From an uncultured delta proteobacterium (GTDB taxonomy: Bacteria; Desulfobacterota; Binatia; DP-6), in contig CAWFFN010000009.1 in the NCBI GenBank assembly GCA_963815115.1, positions 1,184,001 to 1,248,000 of the forward strand: a stretch of 64,000 nucleotides of DNA, read 5' to 3'. A program made the translations under genes and the position numbers. This document shows, piece by piece, positions 19,793 through 30,109 of the stretch; within the stretch, counting starts at the first letter, position 1, and each line of letters starts with the position of its first letter. A model generated the notes under the pieces. It was not told the DNA's origin and searched no databases. It was given only the letters and a program-made list of their open reading frames with translations.

Positions 19793-21223
19793 ATGCCCTC
19801 GCGGGGTCTCGCAGCCTGGCTGCTCGTCGGCGTGGTGCTCGGGCCGACGTTGCGCGCCCGCGCGGAGATCGATCCCGCCTCGGTGCCGATCGATCACCTG
19901 CTCGTCGTCTACCTGGAGAATCACACCTTCGACAACCTCTTCGGCCTGTTCCCGGGCGCGAACGGCATCGCGGCGCGCGATGCCGCCGTGCCGCAGGTCG
20001 ACCGGGACGGGACGCCTTACCCGTGGCTGCCCCGGACGATGATCGCATACCCGTATCCGCCGAAGCTGGATGGGCGCTTCCCGAAGCAGCTCCCGAACCG
20101 GCCCTTTCCGATCAACCGCTACATCCCGCTCGATCGGATCGTCGAGATGCCGGTGCACGAGTTCTATCCCAACATCCTCCAGGTCGACGGCGGCAAGAAC
20201 GACAAGTTCGTCTCGTGGGGCGACAGCGGGGCGCTGCCGATGGGCTACTTCGACACCACGAAGCTGCCGCTCTACCCCTACGCGCGGGAGTTCGTGCTCG
20301 CCGACAACTGGTTCACCTCCGCCATGGGGGGCTCGTGGCTGAACCACATGTGGCTCGTGTGCGCTTGCACGCCGGTGTTTCCGAACGCGCCGCGGAAGCT
20401 CGTGGCGGAGCCCGTGATGGACGCGTCGGGCCGCATCGTCGGTCTCGAGAAGGGCGGCTCCGTGAGCCCCGACGGCTACGCGGTCGACCATCTCGAGCCG
20501 TTCAACCCTCCGTACTCCGCGGGCACGCCGGACGACGAGCGCCTGCCGCCGCAGACGCTGCCCACGATCGGCGACCGCCTGAGCGCGGCCGGCGTCTCCT
20601 GGGCCTGGTACTCCCAGGGCTGGGACGACGCGGGCGCCGGGCACCCGGCGCCCTCGTTCACCTTCCACCACCAGGCCTTCGTCTACTTCGCGAACTACGC
20701 GCCGGGCACCGAAGCGCGGGCCGCGCATCTGAAGGACGAGAAGGACCTGTGGCGGGCGCTGCGCGACGGCACCCTGCCGTCGGTGGCGTGGTTCAAGCCG
20801 CTCGACGTCTACACCGACAACGCCGGCGAGGGCAGCATGCTGGTCGCCGAGAAGCGCATCGTCGAGCTGATCGAGGCGGTGAAGGCGTCGAAGGCGTGGC
20901 CTCGGACCGCGATCGTGATCTCGTGGGACGACTACGGCGGCTTCTTCGACCATGTGGCCCCGCCGGTGATCGATCGCTGGGGGCCGTCCAACCGCGTGCC
21001 GACGATCATCATCTCGCCGTGGGCGAAGCGCGCCCACGTCGACTCGACCGGCTACGAGACCGTATCGATCCTCAGGTTCATCGAGTGGCGCTGGGGGCTG
21101 GCACCCCTGGCGTCGCGCGACGCGAATGCGGCAAATCTCCTCGCCGCCTTCGATTTCGCGCCGCCTCCGGCTCGTGGCGGCACCACCTCACGAGGCAAGC
21201 TCGGAGAGCGCTCGAAGCGGTGA
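19793..21223 (+). CDS. Phosphoesterase / acid phosphatase (AcpA/PLC family)
   Basis: ENHTFDNLFG, GGSWLNH, DDYGGFFDHVAPP, RVPTIIISPWAK. Confidence 0.9.
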   Translation: MPSRGLAAWLLVGVVLGPTLRARAEIDPASVPIDHLLVVYLENHTFDNLFGLFPGANGIAARDAAVPQVDRDGTPYPWLPRTMIAYPYPPKLDGRFPKQLPNRPFPINRYIPLDRIVEMPVHEFYPNILQVDGGKNDKFVSWGDSGALPMGYFDTTKLPLYPYAREFVLADNWFTSAMGGSWLNHMWLVCACTPVFPNAPRKLVAEPVMDASGRIVGLEKGGSVSPDGYAVDHLEPFNPPYSAGTPDDERLPPQTLPTIGDRLSAAGVSWAWYSQGWDDAGAGHPAPSFTFHHQAFVYFANYAPGTEARAAHLKDEKDLWRALRDGTLPSVAWFKPLDVYTDNAGEGSMLVAEKRIVELIEAVKASKAWPRTAIVISWDDYGGFFDHVAPPVIDRWGPSNRVPTIIISPWAKRAHVDSTGYETVSILRFIEWRWGLAPLASRDANAANLLAAFDFAPPPARGGTTSRGKLGERSKR

Positions 21224-21352
21224 ATGGCGTGAGATGGCAAGACGCCCTGCCGGTCCCGGGCTATCCCGCCGTGAGAAGGTGGCGACACACAGCGTAAGCG
21301 ACTAGACTCCGGGGACGATCCGGGGTGCTCGAGCCCGGCAAGGGTCAGGAGG

Positions 21353-22783
21353 ATGAAGATGCATCTCAGGTGCTCCACATCGCGTGCGATCGGCCTGTCC
21401 GTGTTCGCCCTCCTGGCGTTTGCCTCGCTGGCGAGCGCCTTGCCGGTCGAGCTCAAGGATCAGAACGGCACCCGGTATTCGATCAACACCCAGGTCGATC
21501 CCCTGCTGCGGGATTCGAACGCCTCGGGAGCGATCACCGACGCGACCTACAACAAGGCCGTCACGGTGACCAGCTACTTCGTCGGCTTCACGCCGTTCGG
21601 CTTCTTCCTCACCACCTACACGGTTCAGCGACAGATCAACGTCCCCCTGACGAACGCCTTCGCGGGCTTCAACGGGCTCCTCATCACCGGCGCCAACGGT
21701 GTCGCGCTGCCCGCGCCCATCGTCTTCAATCCCGGGCAGCCGGCCGCCTCGGACACCGGTTGCATGCAGAATGGCCAGAGCCGGCAGCTCATCTTCGCGA
21801 CCCAGGGCAGCCCGGCGTTGAACGCCGCCAACCTCTCCGTGACGCGCAAGGTGTTCGTGCCGAACAACTCCGACTTCGTCCGCTGGCTCAACATCGTGAC
21901 CAACACGGGCTCCACGCCGCAGCAGGTCGGCATCACCCTGGACGGCCTGCTCGGCGCCGGGTCGAACGTCAAGATCGGCACCACCTCGAGCGGCGACACC
22001 ACCGTCACGGCCGGCGACACCTGGTTCACCAGCGGGCAGAAGGTGCCCCAGGGCACGCACTCCACCCAGCCGACGGTCGGCTTCGTCATCCAGGGCGACG
22101 GTGCGACGACGCCGGCCCGCTCGGCCAGCGTCAACAGCGTCGGGCAGGCGATCGTCACCTACACGCCGACGATCCCGGCGGGTGGCACGGTGATCATCAT
22201 GACGCTCACCACCGTGCAGGGCAACTTCAAGATGGCGAAGAACGAGACCTCGAATCTCGCCGCCCTGCCCTCGGACACCATCAAGTGCATGAGCGAGCTC
22301 GAGCTCTCGCAGGTAGTCAACTTCGCGCCCATCACGCCGCCGGTGACCAAGAACGCGACCATCACGCTGAAGTTCAACAAGACGGGACAGGACACGGTCC
22401 AGTGGAAGGGCAAGATCACGATCGCCGCCGGCATCAACCTCCAGGGCATCCCCCTCACGGTCGACGTGGGCGGCGCCCGGCAGAGCTTCACGCTCAACAA
22501 GAGCGGCAAGGCGAACAACGGCGGCGGCAACAAGTTCGCCTTGAACGCCAACTTGAAGAACGGCGTGACCAAGGCGGGCACGATCAACTTCTCGTTCAAC
22601 CTGAAGGGGGACTTCCAGAGCCTGTTCGCTCCGTTCGGTCTGACGAATGTGACCCAGAAGAACGTGCCGGTCACGGTGCCGCTGAGCTTCACCGTCGGGA
22701 CGGCGCAGCACTTCTACGCCACCGATCAGCCGTTCAACTACAAGGCGACCGAGGGGAAGACCGGAACGGCGAAGAGCTCCTGA
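21353..22783 (+). CDS. Secreted beta-rich hypothetical protein
   Basis: Signal peptide; Thr/Asn/Gly-rich; strong codon bias; GGAGG RBS. Confidence 0.75.
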   Translation: MKMHLRCSTSRAIGLSVFALLAFASLASALPVELKDQNGTRYSINTQVDPLLRDSNASGAITDATYNKAVTVTSYFVGFTPFGFFLTTYTVQRQINVPLTNAFAGFNGLLITGANGVALPAPIVFNPGQPAASDTGCMQNGQSRQLIFATQGSPALNAANLSVTRKVFVPNNSDFVRWLNIVTNTGSTPQQVGITLDGLLGAGSNVKIGTTSSGDTTVTAGDTWFTSGQKVPQGTHSTQPTVGFVIQGDGATTPARSASVNSVGQAIVTYTPTIPAGGTVIIMTLTTVQGNFKMAKNETSNLAALPSDTIKCMSELELSQVVNFAPITPPVTKNATITLKFNKTGQDTVQWKGKITIAAGINLQGIPLTVDVGGARQSFTLNKSGKANNGGGNKFALNANLKNGVTKAGTINFSFNLKGDFQSLFAPFGLTNVTQKNVPVTVPLSFTVGTAQHFYATDQPFNYKATEGKTGTAKSS

Positions 22784-24954
22784 GCACGCGACGGCCGACG
22801 AGGCGCCGGGCTGCACGGATCGTCGCGCTCGGCGCGCTGCTTGCGCTGGCGATCGTCCCGGGGTGCCGCCGCCACGATCGCCCGAACGTCCTCCTCGTCA
22901 CGATCGACACGCTGCGCGCGGATCGGCTGGGGTGCTACGGCTTCGGCCTGGCGCACACCCCCGCGGTGGACGGTCTCGCGCGCGACGGCGTGCGCTGCGC
23001 CGACGTTGCGACCTCGGCGCCGATCACGCTGCCGGCGCACAGCTCGATCATGACCGGGCTCTATCCGCCGGCACACGGCGTCCGCGACAACGGCAACTAC
23101 GCCCTCGGGCCCGAGGCGGTGACGCTCGCGGAGCGCTTGCAGGCGGCGGGATACCGCACGGGCGCCTTCGTGTCGGCCGCGGTGCTCGCCCGGCGCTACG
23201 GCCTCGATCAGGGATTCGAGGTCTACGACGACGACTTCTGGTCGGAGGACGAGCCGCAGATGTTCATGATCCGGGAGCGGCCGGCGTCGCGCACCGCGGA
23301 CCGCGCCCTGGCCTGGCTCGACGAGCAGCACGACGACCGGAGGCCGTTCTTCCTGTGGGTGCACTTCTTCGACCCGCACCAGCCCTACAACCTGCGCTCG
23401 ATCGACCTGGCGGCGCTCGCGCCGACGCCGTACGACGCCGAGATCGCCGAGGCCGACCGCGGCGTCGGCCGGTTGCTCGACTGGCTGCGGCAGCACGGCA
23501 AGCTGGACGACACGCTCGTCGTCCTCACCGCCGACCACGGCGAGAGCCTGGGCGAGCACGGCGAGCCGACGCACGGGGTGTTCATCTACGACTCCACCGT
23601 CCGCGTGCCGCTCGTCTGGCGGCTCCCGCGCGTCTTCCCGTCGGGCCGCACCTACGATGGACCCGTGCGCCACATCGACCTGGTGCCGACGATCCTCGGG
23701 ATTCTCGGACTCCCGGGGGGCGAGACGACGCAGGGCGCGAATCTCCTCGCCGCGCTCCAGGGACGCACGCCCCCGCCCGACCTCCCCCAGTACGCGGAGG
23801 CCCATCTCGCCGAGGAGGGTTTCGGGATGGCGCCGCTGTCCGGCGTGCGCCACGATGGGGCCAAGTGGATCGAGGCGCCGCACCCGGAGCTCTACGACCT
23901 GCGCCGCGATCCCGCGGAGCTGCAGAACCTCTATCCCGCGGAGGCGGCGGCCGCGCGCCCGCTCCAGGGTGCGCTCGAAGCCGCCGTGGCCGACAGCAAG
24001 GGGCACGCGCTGAGCGCGCCGACGCGGGAGATCGACCGCGAGACCGAGGACATGCTGCGCGCGCTCGGCTACCTCGCGCCGCCCGAGCAGCGCGCCGAGA
24101 TGGGCGGGATGGACCCGAAGGACGGCATGGCGCTGTACGCGAAGCTGCAGGAGGCTCGCGACCGCGCGCAGCAAGGCGAATGGGACCGTGCCAGGGAGCT
24201 GCTCTCGCAGGTGCTCGACACGGCGCCGGAGAACGTCACCGCGCGCAACCTCCTGGCGCTGGCCGCGGTGCGGCGCGGCGACTACGACGAGGCCGAGCGG
24301 CAGTACCAGGCATCACTGGCGAAGCAGCCGCGCCAGCACCGCGTCTTCGGTGCGCTCGGCGCCCTCGCGCTCCGTCGTGGCGACCTCGACGCGGGCGAGC
24401 GGCGCTTCCACGAGGCCCTCGACCTCGCGCCGAGCTACGTCGAGGCGATGAGCAACCTCGGCTGGGTCGAGGCGGCTCGCGGCAACGAGGCCGGCGCGCA
24501 GGCCTGGTACGAGCGCGCCATCGCCGCCGACCCGACCTACCCGCACGTCTATCGGCGACTGGCCGACCTGTACTACGACCGCAAGGACTGGGCGCACGCG
24601 CTCGAGTACTACCGCCGTGTGCTGACGGCGCTGCCGCGGTTCTTCGAGGTGCTGATCCAGGCCGGCAACAGCGCGCGCTTCCAGGGCGACACCCGGACGG
24701 CGGACGCGTACTACCGCGAGGCCGCCGCCGTGCGCGAGGATTCGTGGATTCCGCCCTACAACCTCGCCTGCCTGCGGGCGCTCACCGGCGATCCGCAGGC
24801 GGCGCTGATCCTGCTCGGTCAGGCGATCGACCTCGGGTTCGGGGGTACGACGCTGCTCGAGACCAACGACGACTTCGACACCGTTCGCCCGCTTCCCGGA
24901 TGGCCCGAGTTGACCGCGAGAGCGAGCCAGGTCGCGCGCGCGAACCGGCGGTGA
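22780..24954 (+). CDS. Sulfatase-like hydrolase with C-terminal TPRs (start uncertain)
   Basis: NVLLVTIDTLRADR; TLPAHSSIMTG (Thr at the nucleophile position); LRALGYL; TPR repeats. Confidence 0.88.
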   Translation: MSTRRPTRRRAARIVALGALLALAIVPGCRRHDRPNVLLVTIDTLRADRLGCYGFGLAHTPAVDGLARDGVRCADVATSAPITLPAHSSIMTGLYPPAHGVRDNGNYALGPEAVTLAERLQAAGYRTGAFVSAAVLARRYGLDQGFEVYDDDFWSEDEPQMFMIRERPASRTADRALAWLDEQHDDRRPFFLWVHFFDPHQPYNLRSIDLAALAPTPYDAEIAEADRGVGRLLDWLRQHGKLDDTLVVLTADHGESLGEHGEPTHGVFIYDSTVRVPLVWRLPRVFPSGRTYDGPVRHIDLVPTILGILGLPGGETTQGANLLAALQGRTPPPDLPQYAEAHLAEEGFGMAPLSGVRHDGAKWIEAPHPELYDLRRDPAELQNLYPAEAAAARPLQGALEAAVADSKGHALSAPTREIDRETEDMLRALGYLAPPEQRAEMGGMDPKDGMALYAKLQEARDRAQQGEWDRARELLSQVLDTAPENVTARNLLALAAVRRGDYDEAERQYQASLAKQPRQHRVFGALGALALRRGDLDAGERRFHEALDLAPSYVEAMSNLGWVEAARGNEAGAQAWYERAIAADPTYPHVYRRLADLYYDRKDWAHALEYYRRVLTALPRFFEVLIQAGNSARFQGDTRTADAYYREAAAVREDSWIPPYNLACLRALTGDPQAALILLGQAIDLGFGGTTLLETNDDFDTVRPLPGWPELTARASQVARANRR

Positions 24955-24996
24955 CGCGGGCTCTGCGGCGCTCTTCGCTCGAGGAACGGGGCACGC

Positions 24997-26022
24997 CTAC
25001 TGATCGAACGCGAAGATGCGCTTCCAGTCGTTCTTCATGCTGATGACGGTCCAGCCCTTCTTCTTCGCTTCGTCGTAGAGCGCCTGCGTGAAGGTGCCGA
25101 CCTTCGTGTCGGGCAGCCCCTGGGCGGGCCCGTAGGCATACTCGCGCTGCCCGTCGTCGTGCAGCACCAGCATCTCGAGCCGCGCGCCGTCGCCGGCGCC
25201 GGTGTACTCCAGCATCTCCCGGTCGCCCGTCGAGTTGCCGAATGCGGCGTGGGGCCGGCGGCCGATCATCAGGTGGATGCCCTCGGGCTTGCCGGCGTTA
25301 TTGTCGTTCAGGAGCAGCCTGGGCTCCTTGGTGAGGAACGGCTTGCCATCCTTGTCGTAGCCGTACTTGGTGCCGCCGGCGGTGCCGACGACCTGCTCGG
25401 GCGGGATGCCGTACACCCGCTCGGCGTACACGCGCACGAAGTCCTGGCCGCCCCCGGTGACGATGTACGTCTTGTAGCCGTTGGCACGCATGTACTTCAG
25501 GACTTCCTGCATCGGCAGGTAGGTGAGCTCGGTGAACGGTCGCTTCCAGCGCGGGTCCCTGGCCGCGTCGAGCCACTTCTTCGCCTCGGCGCGGAACTCC
25601 TCCACCGACATGCCGGTGAGCGTCGCGGCGAGGATCTTCTCGAGATCCTTCATCGTGAACTTCGCCATCGCCTCGCGGTTGCCGGACAGCACGGTCTTGA
25701 ACGGCTCGACCTTCGCGAGCTCCGGCTTCGCCTTGACGACTGCCGGCACCCGCTCCAGGCAGTACACCACCTGCGTGTACATCGGGTGCGACACCCACAG
25801 CGTGCCGTCCTGATCGAAGGTGGCGATGCGCTCCTCCGGCGGTACGAACTTTGGGCTGCCCGGCGCCGTGGTCACCTGCACGAACTCGAGGATCGCCTTC
25901 TTGACCGCGCCGTCGTTCCAGGAAGGCAGGGGATCGGACTGCGCGAAAGCGTGCGGGCTCGCCAGCGAGGCGACGAGTCCCAACACGGTTCCGAATCGGC
26001 GCAGAGTTCCCTCGAGTCCCAT
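24997..26022 (-). CDS. HAD-family hydrolase (NapD-like acid phosphatase)
   Basis: FDQDGTLW, VTGGG, FGNSTGD. Confidence 0.9.
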   Translation of the reverse strand: MGLEGTLRRFGTVLGLVASLASPHAFAQSDPLPSWNDGAVKKAILEFVQVTTAPGSPKFVPPEERIATFDQDGTLWVSHPMYTQVVYCLERVPAVVKAKPELAKVEPFKTVLSGNREAMAKFTMKDLEKILAATLTGMSVEEFRAEAKKWLDAARDPRWKRPFTELTYLPMQEVLKYMRANGYKTYIVTGGGQDFVRVYAERVYGIPPEQVVGTAGGTKYGYDKDGKPFLTKEPRLLLNDNNAGKPEGIHLMIGRRPHAAFGNSTGDREMLEYTGAGDGARLEMLVLHDDGQREYAYGPAQGLPDTKVGTFTQALYDEAKKKGWTVISMKNDWKRIFAFDQ

Positions 26023-26052
26023 GTCGAATCCCTCCTTGCTCTCGCCCTCCGA

Positions 26053-27675
26053 TCAGTTTTGCGGCGACGCGAGACTTTCCAGCTCGTGCAGGCGTTTCAT
26101 GGCGTCCATCGCCTTCAGCGAGTCGTAGTTGATGCCCGCGGCGTTCAGGCTGGTGCCCTGCTGGAACGGATACTGCGGCAGGGTCATCAGGAACTCCTTG
26201 AGCTTCTGCTGCACCGGCACGAACAGCCAGATGTTGTCCGCATACCAGCGCAGGTACAGGCCGGACTCGTGCGGCGCCTTCTCGAACGGGTCGGCCCGCA
26301 GGTTGACGATCACGGGCCAGCCGGGCACGTCCCTGACCGCGGTGGCGATGTTCCCGTTGGTCACCGCGAAGTGGACCTTCCAGTCGTTCCAGCGGACGGC
26401 GTTCAGCTCGCCGCCCTGGCCGAAGTAGTAGATCTCCTCCCGCGGACCCTTCGGGGCCTCACCCTTGAAGAACGGCAGGAAGTTGTAGCCATCGGGATGC
26501 ACCTTGAACTTCTTGCCGTTGGCCGCGTACCCCTGCTCCAGCTTCCCGACGATGTCCGGCTCGCCCGCCGCCGCGAGCAACGTCGGCATCCAGTCCTCCT
26601 GCGACATGATGTCGTTGATCAGCGTTCCCGGCTTGATCACCCCCGGCCAGCGCACCAAACAGGGCACGCGGAAGCCGCCCTCCCAGGTGGTGCCCTTCTC
26701 TCCGTGGTACGGCGTCGTGCCACCGTCCGGCCAGGTCCCGGTCTCGGCGCCGTTGTCGGTGCCGTAGATGACGATGGTGTCGCCGGCGATGCCGAGGTCG
26801 TCCAGGTGCTTCAGCATCTCGCCGACCATCTTGTCGTGCTCCACCATGCCGTCGGGGTAGAGACCGATGCCGGTCACGCCCTCCGCCTGTTCGCTCAGGT
26901 GCGTCCACACGTGCATGCGCGTGGTGTTGAACCACACGAAGAACGGCTTGTCCTGCTGGTGCGCAGTGTCGATGAACTTCGTCGCCGCGGAGAAGAACTC
27001 CCGGTCCGCGGTCGGCATCCGCGCCCGGGTCATCGCGCCGGTGTCTTCGATCTTCTGCCCGCCTTTGCCGTCGCTCCAGGTGTGGAGCACGCCGCGCGGA
27101 CCGAACTTCTTCCTGAATTCAGGATCCTTCGGGTAGTAGTAGGTTTCGGGCTCTTCCTCGGCGTTCAGGTGGTAGAGGTTGCCGAGGAACTCGTCGAACC
27201 CGTGCATGGTCGGCAGGTGCTGGTCGCGATCGCCCAGGTGGTTCTTGCCGAACTGGCCGGTCGTGTATCCCTGGGCCTTCAGCAGATCGGCGATCGTCGG
27301 CGACCAGTCGGGGATCCCCTGCGGCGAGCCCGGCATCCCGATGGTCAGCATTCCGGTGCGGAACGGATGCTGGCCGAGAATGAACGCGGCGCGGCCGGCG
27401 GTGCAGCTCTGCTGGCCGTAGAAGTCGGTGAACAGCGCGCCTTCCTTGGCGATGCGATCGATGTTGGGCGTTCGGTAGCCCATGCCCCCGAGGTTGTAGG
27501 CGCTGACGTTGAAGATGCCGATGTCGTCGCCCCAGATGACCAGGATGTTCGGCTTCTTGCCGGCCTGTTGCGCCCGCGCGGGCTCGGCCCGCAGCAGCAT
27601 CCCGACCGCCAGGAGCAAACCCATCGCAACCAATCCGGCCGCGCCTCGGAGTTTCGTTGCTTGCCGTTGTCTCAT
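26053..27675 (-). CDS. Arylsulfatase
   Basis: PNILVIWGDDIG, SCTAGRAAF, GKNHLGD. Confidence 0.95.
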   Translation of the reverse strand: MRQRQATKLRGAAGLVAMGLLLAVGMLLRAEPARAQQAGKKPNILVIWGDDIGIFNVSAYNLGGMGYRTPNIDRIAKEGALFTDFYGQQSCTAGRAAFILGQHPFRTGMLTIGMPGSPQGIPDWSPTIADLLKAQGYTTGQFGKNHLGDRDQHLPTMHGFDEFLGNLYHLNAEEEPETYYYPKDPEFRKKFGPRGVLHTWSDGKGGQKIEDTGAMTRARMPTADREFFSAATKFIDTAHQQDKPFFVWFNTTRMHVWTHLSEQAEGVTGIGLYPDGMVEHDKMVGEMLKHLDDLGIAGDTIVIYGTDNGAETGTWPDGGTTPYHGEKGTTWEGGFRVPCLVRWPGVIKPGTLINDIMSQEDWMPTLLAAAGEPDIVGKLEQGYAANGKKFKVHPDGYNFLPFFKGEAPKGPREEIYYFGQGGELNAVRWNDWKVHFAVTNGNIATAVRDVPGWPVIVNLRADPFEKAPHESGLYLRWYADNIWLFVPVQQKLKEFLMTLPQYPFQQGTSLNAAGINYDSLKAMDAMKRLHELESLASPQN

Positions 27676-27791
27676 CTTCCGTTCCTCGTTCGCGGCATGA
27701 GCCTCACGGTGCTTCGCCCGACTCCGACTTCGGGAAGAGGAGGTGCCTCCACGTCCCGCGGTCCCGTGACCATGACGCTCGCCTCGCGCCA

Positions 27792-29489
27792 CTAGTCGCT
27801 CGCGTGACTCGCGTTGGCCTTCTTGACCTGCTCCAGGATCTGACTGAGGTTGTACGACTCGGGCGCCTGGAGCGGGGGGAACTTCTCGTACGACGACAGC
27901 TCCTCCATCCACAGCTGCTGCCCGATGGGCAGCATGTTCCAGTCGTACTGGAACGCGGTCATCGGAGCGCCGAGCGCACCCCCCAGGCTCATGGCCGACT
28001 TCTGATCGATGCCGACCGACTGCTCGAAAGGATCGCGCTTGACGTTCTGGACCAGCGTGAAGTGGAACGGGACGAGCGGCATGATCCAGCCGGCCGGCCC
28101 GGGCTGCGACATGTTGTAGTACATCTTCCAGTTCTTGTAGCGGACCGCGGACGGCGTGGCCCCGGAGAAGTAGAAGAAGTAGTCGCGCGCCGACTGGTCG
28201 TTCTTGCCCTCCAGGTAGTCGCGCTGATCGACCCCGTCGAGCGTCGTCTTGACGATTCCAGAGTACTTCCCCGCCTCGATCTGCTGCTTCAGCCCGTCGC
28301 CCCTGGGGCCGCCGGCGATGTCGACCAACGTGGGGAGCCAATCGAGGGCGGCAAACAGCTGGTTCTTCACCGTGCCCGGCTTGATGTGGCCCGGCCAGCG
28401 GACGACACACGGGGCGCGGTAGCCGCCCTCCCACGCCTCGCCCTTCTGGCCCTTGAAGGGCGTGACCCCGCCGTCGGGGAAGGAGATCGCCTCGGCGCCG
28501 TTGTCGGTGGTGAACACCACGATGGTGTTGTCGAGCTGGCCCATGTCCTCCAGCTTCTTCAAGACGACGCCGATGTTGTCGTCCATCTGCTTCATGCCGG
28601 CTTCGTTGACGCCCCAGTCCTTGCCGCCCTGCACGCCCAGCATGGCCTCGTACTTCGGCGACAGCACGGTCACGACGTGCATGCGCGCCGGGTTGTACCA
28701 GACGAAGAAGGGCTTGTTGGTCTTCTTCGGGTCGTTGCGGTCGAGGAAGTCGACGACCTTCGCCGAGATCTCCTCGTCCACCGTCTTCGACCGCTCGAGC
28801 GTCAACGGGCCTTCGTCCTTGCACGTCTGGTTCTTCTCGGTGCCGTCGGAGGAGTTGCACCAGATGACCGGGCGCGGGGGCATCAGGCAGAGCGTCGTCT
28901 TCTGGTCCACGGCACCCGGCACCTCGGGCAGCCCGGGGACCGGCGTGTTCTTGCACGGTGGCGCGACGCCTTGCTCGGTCGGGCTCTTGTTGATGTCGGG
29001 GAAGCTCACCTGCTGCATGGCGTCCAGGTGGTACAGGTAGCCCCAGTACTCCTGGAAGCCGTGCGCCGTCGGCAGGGACGCGGTGTGGTCGCCCAGGTGG
29101 TTCTTGCCGAACTCGCCGGTGTTGTAGCCGAGATCGAGCAGGAACTTGGCGACCGCCGGAGTGCCGGGGCGCAGGTAGGACGGGCTTCCCGGCAGCTGCG
29201 GCGGGATCATGCCCGTGCGCAGCGGATACATCCCCGTGAAGAAGGCATTGCGCCCGGAGGTGCAGCTCTGCATGGCGACGTAGTCCATGAAGATCGCGCC
29301 CTCGTTCCCGATGCGGTCGATGTTGGGGGTTTCCCCGACCATCAGGCCGCGGTGGTAGATGCTCGGCTGCATCCAGCCGATGTCGTCGCCCATGATGAAG
29401 AGGATGTTGGGCTTGTCGTCGGCGGCCGCGGCGCGGGTCAGGCTGCACACCCCGGCGGCGAGTACCAGGAATGCAAGCAACGTTCTCAT
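27792..29489 (-). CDS. Arylsulfatase
   Basis: PNILFIMGDDIG, SCTSGRNAF, GKNHLGD. Confidence 0.95.
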   Translation of the reverse strand: MRTLLAFLVLAAGVCSLTRAAAADDKPNILFIMGDDIGWMQPSIYHRGLMVGETPNIDRIGNEGAIFMDYVAMQSCTSGRNAFFTGMYPLRTGMIPPQLPGSPSYLRPGTPAVAKFLLDLGYNTGEFGKNHLGDHTASLPTAHGFQEYWGYLYHLDAMQQVSFPDINKSPTEQGVAPPCKNTPVPGLPEVPGAVDQKTTLCLMPPRPVIWCNSSDGTEKNQTCKDEGPLTLERSKTVDEEISAKVVDFLDRNDPKKTNKPFFVWYNPARMHVVTVLSPKYEAMLGVQGGKDWGVNEAGMKQMDDNIGVVLKKLEDMGQLDNTIVVFTTDNGAEAISFPDGGVTPFKGQKGEAWEGGYRAPCVVRWPGHIKPGTVKNQLFAALDWLPTLVDIAGGPRGDGLKQQIEAGKYSGIVKTTLDGVDQRDYLEGKNDQSARDYFFYFSGATPSAVRYKNWKMYYNMSQPGPAGWIMPLVPFHFTLVQNVKRDPFEQSVGIDQKSAMSLGGALGAPMTAFQYDWNMLPIGQQLWMEELSSYEKFPPLQAPESYNLSQILEQVKKANASHASD

Positions 29490-29521
29490 CGGAGTCTCCC
29501 TCCTGCGCTCCTCGCAGCGCC

Positions 29522-29953
29522 TCATGGCTTGATCTTCATGTTCACGCCGTTGGCGCCCAGGGTGAACTTCAGGCCCTGCGTGGTGGTCACGAGCTCCACC
29601 CGGACGCCGTTCTGGTTCTGCATCGCACTCACGCCGCCGCCGCCTGCGACCGTCGCTCCGGCGGCAACGCCGGTGTAGTTGCCGTTGAAGTCCTCGAGCT
29701 TCTTCAAGCCGTAGACTTTGCCGGACGCGCTGATCTTGCTGATGCCGGCGTCACCGACCGAGAGTCCGTCGACGGAGATGGGATAGGTCTTGCCCTTGTA
29801 GCTGAGCGTGCCGCTGCCCCAGCTGATCCCGATGCCGGCCGCCACCGAATCGGCATGCAAGCTGATCGTTGCATCCGGCGTCGATGCGGCCCGGGCCAGA
29901 TCGAGCGTCAGGGCCAGCAGGCCGACCATCATCAGTGTCACGAGACGTTTCAT
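29522..29953 (-). CDS. DUF1134/EipA-like secreted protein
   Basis: AGIGISWGSGTL, DFNGNY, MQNQNGV. Confidence 0.75.
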   Translation of the reverse strand: MKRLVTLMMVGLLALTLDLARAASTPDATISLHADSVAAGIGISWGSGTLSYKGKTYPISVDGLSVGDAGISKISASGKVYGLKKLEDFNGNYTGVAAGATVAGGGGVSAMQNQNGVRVELVTTTQGLKFTLGANGVNMKIKP

Positions 29954-30109
29954 GCCAATCCTCATTTGTTTTCCGAGGCCCATCATGTTGCAGCGAGATC
30001 CGACCGGCCGCAGCCGTATCGGAACGATGACCAGGTTGTTCTCGGAATGGCGGCGCGCGGCCCCCGGCACCGAGGGGGTTCTCATGCGGGAATGCGCCGC
30101 CCCGGCCCC

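Noticed and set aside
21325-24954. 1209-aa ORF as one giant protein
   Set aside because: Its N-terminal part is an off-frame overlap with the real gene at 21353-22783; the sulfatase begins near 22780.
26053-29448. 1131-aa ORF as a fused sulfatase
   Set aside because: Two separate sulfatases in different frames, each with its own signal peptide.
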